Source: Thermoanaerobaculia bacterium | GTDB lineage: Bacteria; Acidobacteriota; Thermoanaerobaculia; Multivoradales; Multivoraceae | Assembly (NCBI GenBank): GCA_965116445.1 | Contig: OZ220688.1 | Span: 1,349,149-1,413,148 of the forward strand | Direction of reading: 5' to 3' | Length of the DNA: 64,000 nucleotides | In this document: positions 1 through 11,298 of the stretch, in pieces | Position numbering within the stretch: position 1 is the first letter of the stretch | Layout: each line of letters opens with the position of its first letter | Made by a program: the position numbers and the translations under genes | Notes under the pieces: generated by a model | Told to the model about the DNA's origin: nothing | What the model saw: only the letters and a program-made list of their open reading frames with translations | Database searches by the model: none

Positions 1-219
1 CTTCCCATGTTCAGCGATTTCGTCGCGAGTAACTGGCAAGAGTGCGCTGTGCTGGGACTGTCTGCTCTGGGACGATCGCTCGGCCGGCAAGAGCCTGACG
101 AGGAGTACGTCAACAAGGGCTCCGAACACTTCGGCTACGTGGTGTTGGAGAACGGCGAGCGCTCCTCTGATCTGACGCTGCCGATTCAGACGCTACTCGC
201 AGTTCCCGCGCGAGCGTAG
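1..219 (+). CDS. C-terminal fragment of an ORF that begins upstream of the window (hypothetical protein)
   Basis: Frame 1 is open from nt 1 to the stop at 217-219. GC (about 58 %) is lower than the window average. No recognisable motif. Confidence 0.3.
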   Translation, partial: LPMFSDFVASNWQECAVLGLSALGRSLGRQEPDEEYVNKGSEHFGYVVLENGERSSDLTLPIQTLLAVPARA

Positions 220-238
220 GGCTGCGCAGGAAGGAGCC

Positions 239-1885
239 ATGCAGATCGAGCAGGCTTTCTACGGCGACGCTCGTGGTGCCCACTCCTTGCTCGCGTCTAG
301 CCGAGACGATGAGGTGTCAGCAGAGATAGTGCAGCGCCTTGACTTGCCGGATACGGCACCGCCCCGCGCTGAGTGGTCTCCGTTCCTCCGCGGCTTTCCC
401 CATCGAGACCGGTATGTGCTGGCAAGGACTTTTCGCGATACAGGGGCGTCAAGGGGCGGAATGGTCTTCTCTCACGCCCTTCTCACGCCCTTGGAGGAGA
501 TTGGAGAGACCGCCGATCTGGGCCCGCTCCTAGCTCGACTCGCGACTAGCCACCGGCAGCGGCCGCGGGTAGAGACGGTACCGACGGTCCAGGCCGAGAA
601 GGGAACCCCGGAGGCGGCCGATCTGTTCGACGCAGCAGAAGCTCTTTCGACGAGTCGAGTGTTGCCGGTCGTACGCCTCGGCCATCTGGGATTCGACGAT
701 CTTGTGGTTGCGTTGTGGGCCCGCCTCTTACCCGGGATCCGACGGGGATTCGCTTTCCGTTTGAGTTTCGGCCCTCAGGATCTCGTCGAGGCGCCGCGAC
801 CGACGCTTGTCTGTACGCCGCACGGCATGGAGGCGCGGTGGTCCGGACACCCGATTGTTCGTTCACCCGTTCGTAGCGAAACGGAATCCCTCGCTGCTGC
901 TCTTCTGACCGGCGAGAAGAAGGCGAATCCTCTCTCCGAGTTCATGGAGGAAATAGGCGTCGAGCCCGTTACATTCACTCAGCTGCGCTTGCTCGAGCAG
1001 GCCTATCACCTCGACGCTGGTGAGCCAACCCTGGAACGACGCGTTGGAAGCGTGAGATTGATCGAGAGCTTGTCATCGGAACCGGACGCTGGTCGGGCTG
1101 GGAGGGACCGTCGTGTCCGGCGGCTTTGCGGCCTTCTACGAAGCGCGAGCGCCCAAGAGATTCTGGTGCTCCGCAATCTCAAGCTGTCTGCATTTCCCTC
1201 ATCCAGCCGGCTTTGGAAAGCCCTTGAAGCGTGGGTGGCCGAAAGCAATTATCCCGAAGATCAGGATGTTGCAATGCTCTCCGTTCTTGAGGACGCCACT
1301 ACTGAGAACGCCGCTGTTCAAGAATGGCGAACGGCGGTTCTGGACGGCGTGGCTCTCGCGACAGGCTTGCCCATCTCCCCGTTCGCCACAGCTTTCTGGC
1401 GTTGGCTTCCCGTACGCCCTAGAGTGGTAGCCGCCGTGTTCCAGCATGTTCCTGACCAGGACGCCGTCGAGGAGCGGTTCACGAGTGCAACGCCGAACAG
1501 TCTCGATGAGGTCCCCGCCGCGATAGTCGCGGCGGCCGCGTTGTCTCGCGGGTGGCTTCGGCTTCATGGAGCCCTGTTGTCGGCAAGCTGCTCCGCCCTG
1601 GCGGCTGCTCGGAAGCAACTTGAGGTCGATGTCGATCCCTCCTTCCTGGAGGGCCTGAGGGCGGCTCTCCGACTGGCAGAGCCCCAGGAACTGATCGAGT
1701 GCGCCCTTGAAGTCAACGACCCGCGAGTAACCGGTCTTGCTGGTGAGGCGGTCGCCAGAGCGCCCCGCCTGTTGACCGGCGTCGATCTCACAGCTGCCGA
1801 AGCCCAGGCGATCTGGCGCGAAGCTCTAGCAGCCCGTGGCAGAAGTAGTCGTGCGGTCCGAGCGATGTGGTTGGTTCAGGCTTGA
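239..1885 (+). CDS. Hypothetical 548-aa protein of unknown family; last about 15 codons lie inside the adjacent IS
   Basis: Long ORF with coding-like periodicity. RBS-like GGAAGGAG 8 nt upstream of the ATG at 239. GC about 62 %, lower than the window average. N-terminus MQIEQAFYGDARGAHSLLASS not recognised. Confidence 0.5.
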   Translation: MQIEQAFYGDARGAHSLLASSRDDEVSAEIVQRLDLPDTAPPRAEWSPFLRGFPHRDRYVLARTFRDTGASRGGMVFSHALLTPLEEIGETADLGPLLARLATSHRQRPRVETVPTVQAEKGTPEAADLFDAAEALSTSRVLPVVRLGHLGFDDLVVALWARLLPGIRRGFAFRLSFGPQDLVEAPRPTLVCTPHGMEARWSGHPIVRSPVRSETESLAAALLTGEKKANPLSEFMEEIGVEPVTFTQLRLLEQAYHLDAGEPTLERRVGSVRLIESLSSEPDAGRAGRDRRVRRLCGLLRSASAQEILVLRNLKLSAFPSSSRLWKALEAWVAESNYPEDQDVAMLSVLEDATTENAAVQEWRTAVLDGVALATGLPISPFATAFWRWLPVRPRVVAAVFQHVPDQDAVEERFTSATPNSLDEVPAAIVAAAALSRGWLRLHGALLSASCSALAAARKQLEVDVDPSFLEGLRAALRLAEPQELIECALEVNDPRVTGLAGEAVARAPRLLTGVDLTAAEAQAIWREALAARGRSSRAVRAMWLVQA

Positions 1886-3330
1886 GGTTGGGTAGCGGCG
1901 AGGAAGACGAAGTTGAAGTTGGGGCGGCTGGCAGCGCGGTTTTCCCGCCATCGGGCGAGGAACCGGCGGAAAGCCCGGCCAAGACGCTCCCAAGGCGCCC
2001 CGTGTGGGCCGGCCAGGGCGTCGAGGAACGCCGCAGACCGTCCCTGCAAGGCCCGCGGCGTTCCGACTCCCACGAGCGTACGCATCAGCAGCCCGAGGTT
2101 GAAGCCGCAGGCCTGAAGGTAGACCCGCTTGAGCACGTTGCCGCACTCGCGCAGATGCAGCCGTCGCATGCCGCCGGTCTCGAACTGATGGGCGAAAGGC
2201 CGTTCGAGGCGCTCGCCGCGCTGGCGCTGCATCCGCTTGCCTCGATTCCCCCGGATTCGCCGACGGTTCGCGTACACGATGGCCTGCAGGTCCTTCTTGC
2301 CCTTCCAACGACGACGACCACGGTCCGGCTCCGCAATGTAGCTGCGAAGCTCCAACTCGTCGATGGAGGCGAGAACGGCGTTGCTGTGGTACCCCTTGTC
2401 CGCAACGACTTCCTCGATCACCGACGAGTCGCCGACCGCCGACTCGACCTGATCGAAGGTCTCCTCCAGCGTCGCGAAGAGAGACTCCGTGTCCCCCTTG
2501 GCGCCGCCGTGGATGGTCACGCCCAGGATGGTCCCGCACTCCAGGTCCACCGCCTGCTCCGCCTTGTACGCAAGGTGCGTGCGGCCATCCTTCATCTTCG
2601 TTACCTCTGCATCCGGATCGTGCGGATTCTCCCACTCCTTGTTGGACAACTTCTTCTTCCGCTTGCGGTCGAAGCGCGCCAACTCCGCCTTCGTCGGCGT
2701 CGCCACACCCGAGGCCGCCGCCAAGCCCCGAACGAACTCCTCGTACTCCGCGCCCGTGTCACGACGCACGATGCTTCGCAGCGCCGCGTTCGCCTCCAGA
2801 GTCGTCGCGTCCACCCCCACCGTCTTCCCCGACACCAGACCCGAATCCGCCAGGACGCCAAGAACCCACGAGAACACCTTCGCGTGAGTCTCCACCGCGA
2901 TCAGCCGACGAGTACGCGAAATCGTCGAATGATCCGGGGCCGATTCAGTTACACCCAAGTCCAGAAACCGCCGGATGCTCAGCGAGTCCTGAGCCCGCCA
3001 CGCGATGCCACGCTCAGAGTCCAAACCCTCGAAGTAGCCCAACAGCAACATCCTGAAGTACCGGCCCGGACGCAGACTCGGTCGGCCCATGCGCTCCGCG
3101 TAGAACTCCGAACACTCCGACTCCACGAACTCGTCGAAACCCCTCGACTCCAGCAAGCCGTTCAAACGCTCATAGAACGGGTGACCAGAGCTTCGCGGCA
3201 GATCGCCGCCCGACACCCAGAGAGGCTCCTGGCTCCCACCACGACGCTTTTTGCCCATAGCCATGACGACATTCTACTGCCCTGGCGAAATGGCCGCCAA
3301 GGGCGACTTTCACCACGGGCTGACAGGAGT
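1838..3330 (-). mobile_element. IS5/IS1182-family insertion sequence (about 1.49 kb) with imperfect terminal inverted repeats CAGCCCGTGG...AAGT
   Basis: Transposase ORF flanked by inverted copies of CAGCCCGTGG (1842-1851) and CCACGGGCTG (about 3318-3327). Boundaries are approximate. Confidence 0.55.
1876..3264 (-). CDS. IS5/IS1182-family DDE transposase (462 aa)
   Basis: Translation has the N-terminal transposase domain (PFYERLNGLL, STISRTRRLI) and a DDE-type C-terminal half (VVADKGYHSN ... GFNLGLL) typical of IS1182/IS5-group transposases. Confidence 0.8.
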   Translation of the reverse strand: MAMGKKRRGGSQEPLWVSGGDLPRSSGHPFYERLNGLLESRGFDEFVESECSEFYAERMGRPSLRPGRYFRMLLLGYFEGLDSERGIAWRAQDSLSIRRFLDLGVTESAPDHSTISRTRRLIAVETHAKVFSWVLGVLADSGLVSGKTVGVDATTLEANAALRSIVRRDTGAEYEEFVRGLAAASGVATPTKAELARFDRKRKKKLSNKEWENPHDPDAEVTKMKDGRTHLAYKAEQAVDLECGTILGVTIHGGAKGDTESLFATLEETFDQVESAVGDSSVIEEVVADKGYHSNAVLASIDELELRSYIAEPDRGRRRWKGKKDLQAIVYANRRRIRGNRGKRMQRQRGERLERPFAHQFETGGMRRLHLRECGNVLKRVYLQACGFNLGLLMRTLVGVGTPRALQGRSAAFLDALAGPHGAPWERLGRAFRRFLARWRENRAASRPNFNFVFLAATQPQA

Positions 3331-3347
3331 ACGCACAGCGTTTCCGC

Positions 3348-4130
3348 TTGTCTGACGCCGGCGCGGTCACTTCCGTCACGGTGTGCTTCGGTCGTGAGCC
3401 GGACGACGACAATCCGGACGTGGCGTTCATTCTTACGTTCTATCGCGATTCGGGCGGGAAGCCAGGCAGTCCATTGGCCGCCTACTCGGCGACGGTTCCC
3501 GGTTTGGCCAGAGGCCGGGGCACCTGTGGCCTGATCAACCGTGGCGACGTCACCTCACAGCAGCTCGATGGCGGCGATGTATGGCTGGGCGTTCAGTGGC
3601 CGAACTCGAGTGGCAAGGGTTTCGCCGAGGATCGCAACGGACCGGGCGGCACGAGGAACTTCTGGCGGTCCCGGTCCTCGTCGCAAGGCCCCTGGAGTTC
3701 ATGGAACGCCGAGACCGTAGCTACCGCGTACTTCATGCGCCTGAGCGTGGACCACGAGGCAACCACGCCTCCTCCGCCGGAGGACTGCACGCCGACGACG
3801 ACGCTGCTGCAGTTCGATGGAGGCTACGAGGTCAGCATGTGTTATCGCACCCCGGACGGGCAGGTGGGCCAGGCGAAGAGCGGCATCTGGGCTTCGGGCG
3901 AGTCCGGACTGTTGTGGTTCTTTGACCGCGACAACGCCGAAGTGTTGGTCAAGGTCCTCGATGGCTGCTCACACAACGGTTACCGTTGGGTCTTCGTCGC
4001 GCCCGTCACCACGCTGGAGTTCAACCTCCTGGTCAGGGCCCCGGACGGCACGAGGTGGGCGCATCGCAACGTGCAGGGGGTGACTGCGTCCGCCAGGAGC
4101 GATGATCGGGCGTTCAGGTGCTCGCCGTAG
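3348..4130 (+). CDS. Hypothetical protein (260 aa), start uncertain, directly abuts the IS end
   Basis: Open reading frame with coding periodicity and no recognisable motif. May be the remnant of a gene interrupted by the IS. Confidence 0.3.
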   Translation: MSDAGAVTSVTVCFGREPDDDNPDVAFILTFYRDSGGKPGSPLAAYSATVPGLARGRGTCGLINRGDVTSQQLDGGDVWLGVQWPNSSGKGFAEDRNGPGGTRNFWRSRSSSQGPWSSWNAETVATAYFMRLSVDHEATTPPPPEDCTPTTTLLQFDGGYEVSMCYRTPDGQVGQAKSGIWASGESGLLWFFDRDNAEVLVKVLDGCSHNGYRWVFVAPVTTLEFNLLVRAPDGTRWAHRNVQGVTASARSDDRAFRCSP

Positions 4131-4185
4131 CAGACCGTTTGTCAGCCTGCCAGATGTTTCGTTCAACCAGAAGGTCGAGGTCGTC

Positions 4186-5894
<1,709 letters not shown>

Positions 5895-5919
<25 letters not shown>

Positions 5920-7484
5920 CCCCGCCTCTGCCGCAGCAGCTTCTCGGCCGCGGCGAGTGCGTGAGCGGCCGAGTCCACCCTCACCCCGTTGTCGTAGGCC
6001 TCTGTACGCAACGCTCCCAGGACCCGCTTCTTCTTCGAGATGTAGAAGGTGTCGTGCGGTCCCCGGAACTGCAACTGCCGCAGGGACCGCAGCCCGCGCC
6101 GGATGACGCATTCGTACGCCGCGGTGCGGTGTTCGTCTCCCAGGGAGCGCGCCAGGGCCAGAGCGTCCGCGAGTCCCTCCAGGTACGCGCCGGTGGAAGC
6201 CGCGTGAGGGGGGCCGAACTCGGGATGGCGCGGATCATGGAAGCGTCCGCGCAGGTCGGCGTCCAAACCGTCCCATTGCTGCATCGGCAGCAGCCAGTCG
6301 GAGATCTCGAACACGAAATCGGCGACTTCCCGCCTGCCCGTCTGGGCGAACAGGGAGGCGCCGGCCTGCGCATGCCACGGCACGAAGGCCGGGTTCCGGG
6401 CCCGCCGGTGCCGCTCGCCGCAACGCTCGAAGGTCGCCACACAACGGTCCAGGGTCGGAGCGCCCTCGATTCCCCGCCGAGCCGCCTCGGCCCAGAACAG
6501 CAGCGCCTCTCCGGAGTAGAAGTTCCAGTTCTGACCGTCGCGTTCGGCCGGAAAGAAAAAGGTGCGGAATCCCAACTCCTCGTCCGCGAGCGAGTTCACC
6601 CCCGCCGTCAGCAGAGTCAGCTCGGCATTGAACTCGCGGCGAGCGGGACTCTCCAGAATGCAGAGGGCCGCCAGGGCAGCCGCGCCGAGCTTGGCCCCGG
6701 TCCGCTCGACGATGGCGCCTCGTCCGTCCCCGAGGCTCTGGAAGTAGCGCCGCAGGTTGAAGTGCAGGTTGCGCCGCGCAGCCTCGGCCATTCCGGCGCT
6801 GCCCTGGAGCTTCGCGAGCCGGGCCAGGGCCAGCGTCGCGAGGAACCGGCGAATCGCGTTGTCCGACGGCGCCACCTCACCTCGACTGGGCCAGTACTTG
6901 TACGGCAGCCCGCCTTCCGGCGACAGGTTGTTGAGCATCCATCGGCCAATGCCGTTGGCGAGGTCGGCGACGCGGTCTTCACCGTCCGACGGTTCGGGAG
7001 CGACCAGAGGGGAGCCCCGGTACAGCTCGGTCGCGCCGGCCCAACCGTCGCCGGCAAGCAGGAACTGGCGGGCCGGGAACGCGCCCAGCCGGCGGTGGTC
7101 CTTGAACTCGGCCGCGCTCAGGTTCCTCTCCTGGCGGAACCGCTCCAAGGCTCTCCCGAAGCGGAGGTTCCCGGCGAGCATGCGGGTCGGCGCCAGCCTG
7201 ACCGTCTCGTCGCGATACGCGATCTCCAAGCCGATCACTCCGCGAGCACGGTTACAAAAAACGTGGGACACCCGATCGGGCGGAACCCGGCGAGATCGCT
7301 CCGCGACGCAAACTTCGACCGCGCCGTCCCCGCTGGCCCCGATCCGGGCAGGCAACTCGGGCAGGGCCGGGTAGTCGATCCAGCCGTTTCGCTTCGCGAT
7401 GCCGCGCTGCCGGATGCAGAACCAGACCGCTGGCCGCCCGAAGGTTCCCACTCGTCCGTGCCTCCCTTGCCGAGAACCGCTCAT
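5895..7484 (-). CDS. Alpha/alpha-toroid repeat protein (prenyltransferase / squalene-cyclase-like repeats), function unknown
   Basis: Repeats of the form SPEGGLPYKYWPS...DNAIRRFLATLALARL and DGQNWNFYSGEALLFWA resemble the QxxDGG[FW] repeats of the PFTB/terpene-cyclase fold. Start uncertain; the ORF extends to 7562. The 3' end overlaps the AspH-domain gene by 25 nt. Confidence 0.4.
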
Positions 7485-7530
7485 GCTATGCGGGACGAAG
7501 TAACTGACGCACCCGACGCTGGGGGCTATA

Positions 7531-8667
7531 GTGACTTCAGGGCGCACCATGGTCGCAGGCACAACGTCGACGATCCGACTGGCGGCCGGTCGCGGTCTCG
7601 CAGCCGCGTGCTGGCTCCTGCTCGTGCTGGGCGCAACGGCGGCTCACGCAGCCACGGTCCAGGATGTCCGGTCGAAGATGGGGTCACGCTTCGAGATCAC
7701 CGCCGTACACGATCAGGAGGCTGCGGCCCGCGAGGCGGTCGAGGCGGCGTGGGCCGAGATCGACCGGCTGGAGGCGATGATCTCGAGTTGGCGCGAGGAC
7801 TCCGAGACGTCGGCCGTCAATCGAAGCGCGGGGACCCGTCCGGTGCGGGTCTCGCCGGAGCTGTTCCGGCTGATCCGGCGGGCCGTCAAGGTCTCCGAGC
7901 TGACGGCGGGCGCCTTCGACATCACGTTCGCCGGTGTCGGCGACCTCTGGGACTTCAGGGCGGGCGAGCGCCAACCGGGGGCGCCGGCGTCCCCGCCGGC
8001 TGCGGCCGAAGGCGGCCAACAGAACGCGCCGGCCGCAAGGCCGGCGCCGGCGCTGCCGAGCGAGGAGCAGATCGCCGCCGCGCTCCAGCACGTCGGCTAC
8101 CGAAGGATCGTCCTGGACGAGGAGAAGGGAACCGTGTTCCTGAACGATCCGGGCGCCCGGATCGGGTTCGGGGCGATCGGCAAGGGCTATGCCGCGAACC
8201 GGGCCGTGTTCGTGCTCAAGGAGCACGGCGTCCGTGGCGGGTTGGTCAGCGCCGGCGGCGACCTGGTCGCCTTCGGCCAGCGCGAGGACGGCGAGCCGTG
8301 GAGCATCGGGGTCGCCCATCCCAGGGACCGGGAGCGGGTGCTGGCGCGGATACCGCTGACGGAACAGGCCGTCGTGACGTCAGGTGACTACGAGCAGTAC
8401 TTCATCCACGAGGGCCGGCGCTACTCGCACATCATCGATCCGCGCACCGGCTGGCCGGCCTCGGGGCTGCAGGCGGTCACGGTGATCTGCCCGGACGCGG
8501 AACTGGCAGACGCGCTGGCCACGGCGGCGTTCGTCCTCGGCCCTGAGGAGGGACTCGCGCTGGTCGAGCGCATGGAGCGCGTGGACGCCCTGTTCGTGAT
8601 CGAAACAGGGGAAGTCCGCTCAACGTCCAACATACGCAGGCATCTGAAGCAGGAGGATCGAGGATGA
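7531..8667 (+). CDS. apbE: FAD:protein FMN transferase (ApbE family), secreted or lipoprotein
   Basis: Signal peptide, then ApbE hallmarks: FDITFAGVGDLWDF, GFGAIGKGYAANRAV, VSAGGDL, TSGDYEQYF, HIIDPRTGWPA, PDAELADALATAAFVLG. Confidence 0.85.
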   Translation: MTSGRTMVAGTTSTIRLAAGRGLAAACWLLLVLGATAAHAATVQDVRSKMGSRFEITAVHDQEAAAREAVEAAWAEIDRLEAMISSWREDSETSAVNRSAGTRPVRVSPELFRLIRRAVKVSELTAGAFDITFAGVGDLWDFRAGERQPGAPASPPAAAEGGQQNAPAARPAPALPSEEQIAAALQHVGYRRIVLDEEKGTVFLNDPGARIGFGAIGKGYAANRAVFVLKEHGVRGGLVSAGGDLVAFGQREDGEPWSIGVAHPRDRERVLARIPLTEQAVVTSGDYEQYFIHEGRRYSHIIDPRTGWPASGLQAVTVICPDAELADALATAAFVLGPEEGLALVERMERVDALFVIETGEVRSTSNIRRHLKQEDRG

Positions 8668-8891
8668 ACCGAAGAACCGGATCGCTCGCTGTCGTTGTTT
8701 TCCTGGCCGCCCTGACGATGGGCGGCTGCGCCACGTCGCTCGAACCCTGGGAACGGGGCGATCTGGCCGCCACTCCGATGACCGTCGGCGACGCGGAATC
8801 GCAGCGTCCGGAGCGCAGCATCGAGGTCTACCGCGAGGGCGCGGTGGGCGCGAACGGTGGCAAGTCGGGCGGCGGCTGTGGCTGCACCTGA
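8664..8891 (+). CDS. Small lipoprotein, DUF4266-like (75 aa)
   Basis: ATGA overlap with the apbE stop and RBS AGGAGG. Lipobox LTMGGC. The Gly/Cys-rich C-terminus (GGKSGGGCGCT) is typical of DUF4266 proteins that accompany ApbE/DUF3570. Confidence 0.6.
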   Translation: MNRRTGSLAVVVFLAALTMGGCATSLEPWERGDLAATPMTVGDAESQRPERSIEVYREGAVGANGGKSGGGCGCT

Positions 8892-10347
8892 GTCCGGAGC
8901 ATGCGCGGCAGAGACCGGGTGCGCCGGCCTGCCATCCGTGCGCCCGCCTGACGGGCGCACGGACTGGTTCACGGGTGACGCGAGTCGCGCCACCCGGGTT
9001 CTGGCCGGCATCCGGCGCGAAGCGCCGACTTCTGGACCTTCTGCCGCGCCAAGGGCCGCTTGCCGGCGGCCATCGCTGCTGCTCGCCGCCCTGGTGCTCG
9101 CCAGCGTTGGTGCCGGGGCCGGGGCGCAGCAGGCGCCTCAATCGCCGCGGGAAGCTGCGAGCGACGGCGACGGCCTCGCCGTCACCTTCCTGTTCAACTA
9201 CTACGACCAGGACGGCGACCGCTCGCCGGTGACCGGCGGCATCGGCACGGAGGACCTCCAGGTCGCCGCGCCCACCGTGCTGATCAACTGGCCGGTCAGC
9301 GAGAACTGGCGGTTCAACTTCGAGGTCGGAGCCGACAGCATCACCTCGGCGTCGACCAACAACATGGACGTCGACGGGCTCCAGAGCCCGGTTCTGCGGC
9401 GCGACGACGACGATGACCATGACGACGACTACGAAGACGACGACCACGATGATGGCGAGTACGACGAGTTCGACGGCACCTCCAGCGCGTCCCTGGTCGA
9501 TGTCCGCGGCTACCTGAACGCGACGGCCACGCGGTCCTTCGAGCGTTCCTCGGTTTCGCTCTTCACCGGCTTCTCGGCCGAGTGGGATTACCGCTCCGTG
9601 GCGTTCGGCGGCGCCTGGACCTATGACGTGGAGGAGGGTCTGCGCAGCTTTACCGTCGGCCTGAGGCACTTCTTCGACATCGTCGACCTGTACGAGATCG
9701 ACGGCGTGCAGCGCGGTCAGTCCGACCGGGACACGACGGATCTCTCGCTGTCGTTCACCAGCGTGCTCAGCCGGCGGGCGGTCGGCATAGTGGAGGTGTC
9801 GGCGATCGAGCAGTCGGGCTTCCTGTCGACGCCGTTTCACGAGGTCGTCTTCGCGCCCAGTGTTCCCTTCCCGCGGGGGGAAGTCGTCGCGGAGCGGCTG
9901 CCCGACAGCCGCCGCCGCTACTCCGTCGGCCTGGGGCTCAACCACATGATCTCCCGTGGCGTGGTCCAGCGGCCTCGGCTCCGCTGGTACGAGGACGACT
10001 GGAACCTGGAGGCACAGTCCTTCGACTACGAGGTCCACTTCCGGCTGCCGACCGAGCGCGAGATGTGGGCGTTCCCGATCTTCCGCTACCACACCCAGAG
10101 CGGGACCGACTACTACGGCCGGCCAGGGGACTTTTCCCGGGTCGACGACTTCTACACAGCCGACCCGGACCTGAGCGAGTTCGACCTCCTGAAGTACGGC
10201 TTCGGTATGCGCTTCCAGTTGCCCAGCGTCGTCGGCAGGCGCTTCGAGGACCTGGAAGTGCGACTCAACCGCTACGACCGCGACGACGGCTTCGAGGCGG
10301 TCACGATCTCCTTCGCGGTGGGCACCCGGTTCTGGGGAGACCGGTGA
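8857..10347 (+). CDS. DUF3570-like predicted outer-membrane beta-barrel protein with an acidic Asp/His-rich insertion
   Basis: Signal peptide LLLAALVLASVGAGAGA. Motifs LAVTFLFNYYDQDGDRSPVTGG and beta-strand-like alternating patterns. Insert RRDDDDDHDDDYEDDDHDDGEYDEFDG. The true start is probably downstream of 8857, because a REP-like hairpin lies at about 8920-9040. Confidence 0.6.
   Translation: MASRAAAVAAPESGACAAETGCAGLPSVRPPDGRTDWFTGDASRATRVLAGIRREAPTSGPSAAPRAACRRPSLLLAALVLASVGAGAGAQQAPQSPREAASDGDGLAVTFLFNYYDQDGDRSPVTGGIGTEDLQVAAPTVLINWPVSENWRFNFEVGADSITSASTNNMDVDGLQSPVLRRDDDDDHDDDYEDDDHDDGEYDEFDGTSSASLVDVRGYLNATATRSFERSSVSLFTGFSAEWDYRSVAFGGAWTYDVEEGLRSFTVGLRHFFDIVDLYEIDGVQRGQSDRDTTDLSLSFTSVLSRRAVGIVEVSAIEQSGFLSTPFHEVVFAPSVPFPRGEVVAERLPDSRRRYSVGLGLNHMISRGVVQRPRLRWYEDDWNLEAQSFDYEVHFRLPTEREMWAFPIFRYHTQSGTDYYGRPGDFSRVDDFYTADPDLSEFDLLKYGFGMRFQLPSVVGRRFEDLEVRLNRYDRDDGFEAVTISFAVGTRFWGDR
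8920..9040. repeat. Degenerate REP-like palindromic element (hairpin GTGCGCCCG-CCTGA-CGGGCGCAC)
   Basis: Seen in sequence. Related to the units at 26470-26590. Confidence 0.4.
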
Positions 10348-10814
10348 AGCTGTTCGCGGTCCTGGCGGCGCTGGCTCTAGCCTCTCCGCTGCCGGCCGTC
10401 GGCGCCGACGACGCGCTCGATCTGCTGACCGCGCCGTCCGACACGTACACAGTGCTCGACTTCGCGGCGTCCTGGTGTACCCCGTGCTATCGCGCCCTGC
10501 CCCGGCTCCAGGTACTGGCGCGAGAACTGCCGGACCTGCGCGTCGTCGTCGTCAGCGTCGACGAGACCGAGCGCGGCCGCGACCGCCTGGTGCGCGAACT
10601 CGACCTGGAGCTGGAGGTCGTCTGGGACGGCGATCACGCCCTGATCTCGAAGCTCGCCCCGGAGGCCTTCCCCGCGACCTATGTCCTCGACCCGCGCGGA
10701 GAGGTCGTGTACTCCCACCTGGGCTACGACCCGTTGGTCTTCGACGAGTTCGCGGAGGTCGTTCGCGGTCTCCAGCGCGAGGTGGCGGCCGGGCGGGCTG
10801 CGAACGGCGGCTGA
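10344..10814 (+). CDS. TlpA-like thiol:disulfide oxidoreductase (thioredoxin fold, CxxC = WCTPC)
   Basis: GTGA overlap with the DUF3570 stop. Signal peptide. Motif FAASWCTPC ... VVVVSVDE typical of TlpA/ResA periplasmic thioredoxins. Confidence 0.7.
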   Translation: MKLFAVLAALALASPLPAVGADDALDLLTAPSDTYTVLDFAASWCTPCYRALPRLQVLARELPDLRVVVVSVDETERGRDRLVRELDLELEVVWDGDHALISKLAPEAFPATYVLDPRGEVVYSHLGYDPLVFDEFAEVVRGLQREVAAGRAANGG

Positions 10815-10890
10815 CCTTCGGCGCCTCGGCGCGCAGGCGCCGGATCGTCCCGCTGGAAGCGGGCAGCCCGCGCGGCGGCCCTGACTCCCG

Positions 10891-11259
10891 TCAGCCGGCT
10901 TGAACCGCGGCCACCGCGGCGTCGCGGTCCGCCACGATGTTCACGATCAGGCTGAAGCCGCTGACTTCAAACAGCTCCTTCACCTCATCGTTCAGGCCGC
11001 AGACGGCGAAGCGGCCGCTCCTGGCCTGCATCGCCCTGGCGACGACCAGCACGACGCGAAGGCCGGCGCTGCTCATGTAGCGGGTCCGGCCCAGGTCCAG
11101 CACGACGTCGGCGGCGCCCTCCTCGATGGAGGCCATCATGGACTGCTCCAGCTCCGGCGCACTCGTCGCGTCAACGCGCCCCTCGGGCGCCCAGATCGTC
11201 ACGCTGCCGGATGCCGTGGGTTCGATCGTCGAACTTCCGATTCTCGTGGTCTCGGTCAC
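10891..11259 (-). CDS. STAS-domain anti-sigma-factor antagonist (SpoIIAA-like)
   Basis: 122 aa. Motifs DLGRTRYMSSAGLRVVL and FAVCGLNDEVKELFEVSGF are characteristic of STAS / anti-anti-sigma proteins. Confidence 0.75.
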   Translation of the reverse strand: MTETTRIGSSTIEPTASGSVTIWAPEGRVDATSAPELEQSMMASIEEGAADVVLDLGRTRYMSSAGLRVVLVVARAMQARSGRFAVCGLNDEVKELFEVSGFSLIVNIVADRDAAVAAVQAG

Positions 11260-11298
11260 GCCAAGTGCTCTCCCTGTCCAAGTGGGTGGTCCATGGTC

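Noticed and set aside
8620-10092. 490-aa minus-strand ORF antisense to the DUF3570 gene
   Set aside because: Off-frame artefact with a poly-V/I run mirroring the acidic insert. The sense-strand gene has a signal peptide and conserved motifs.
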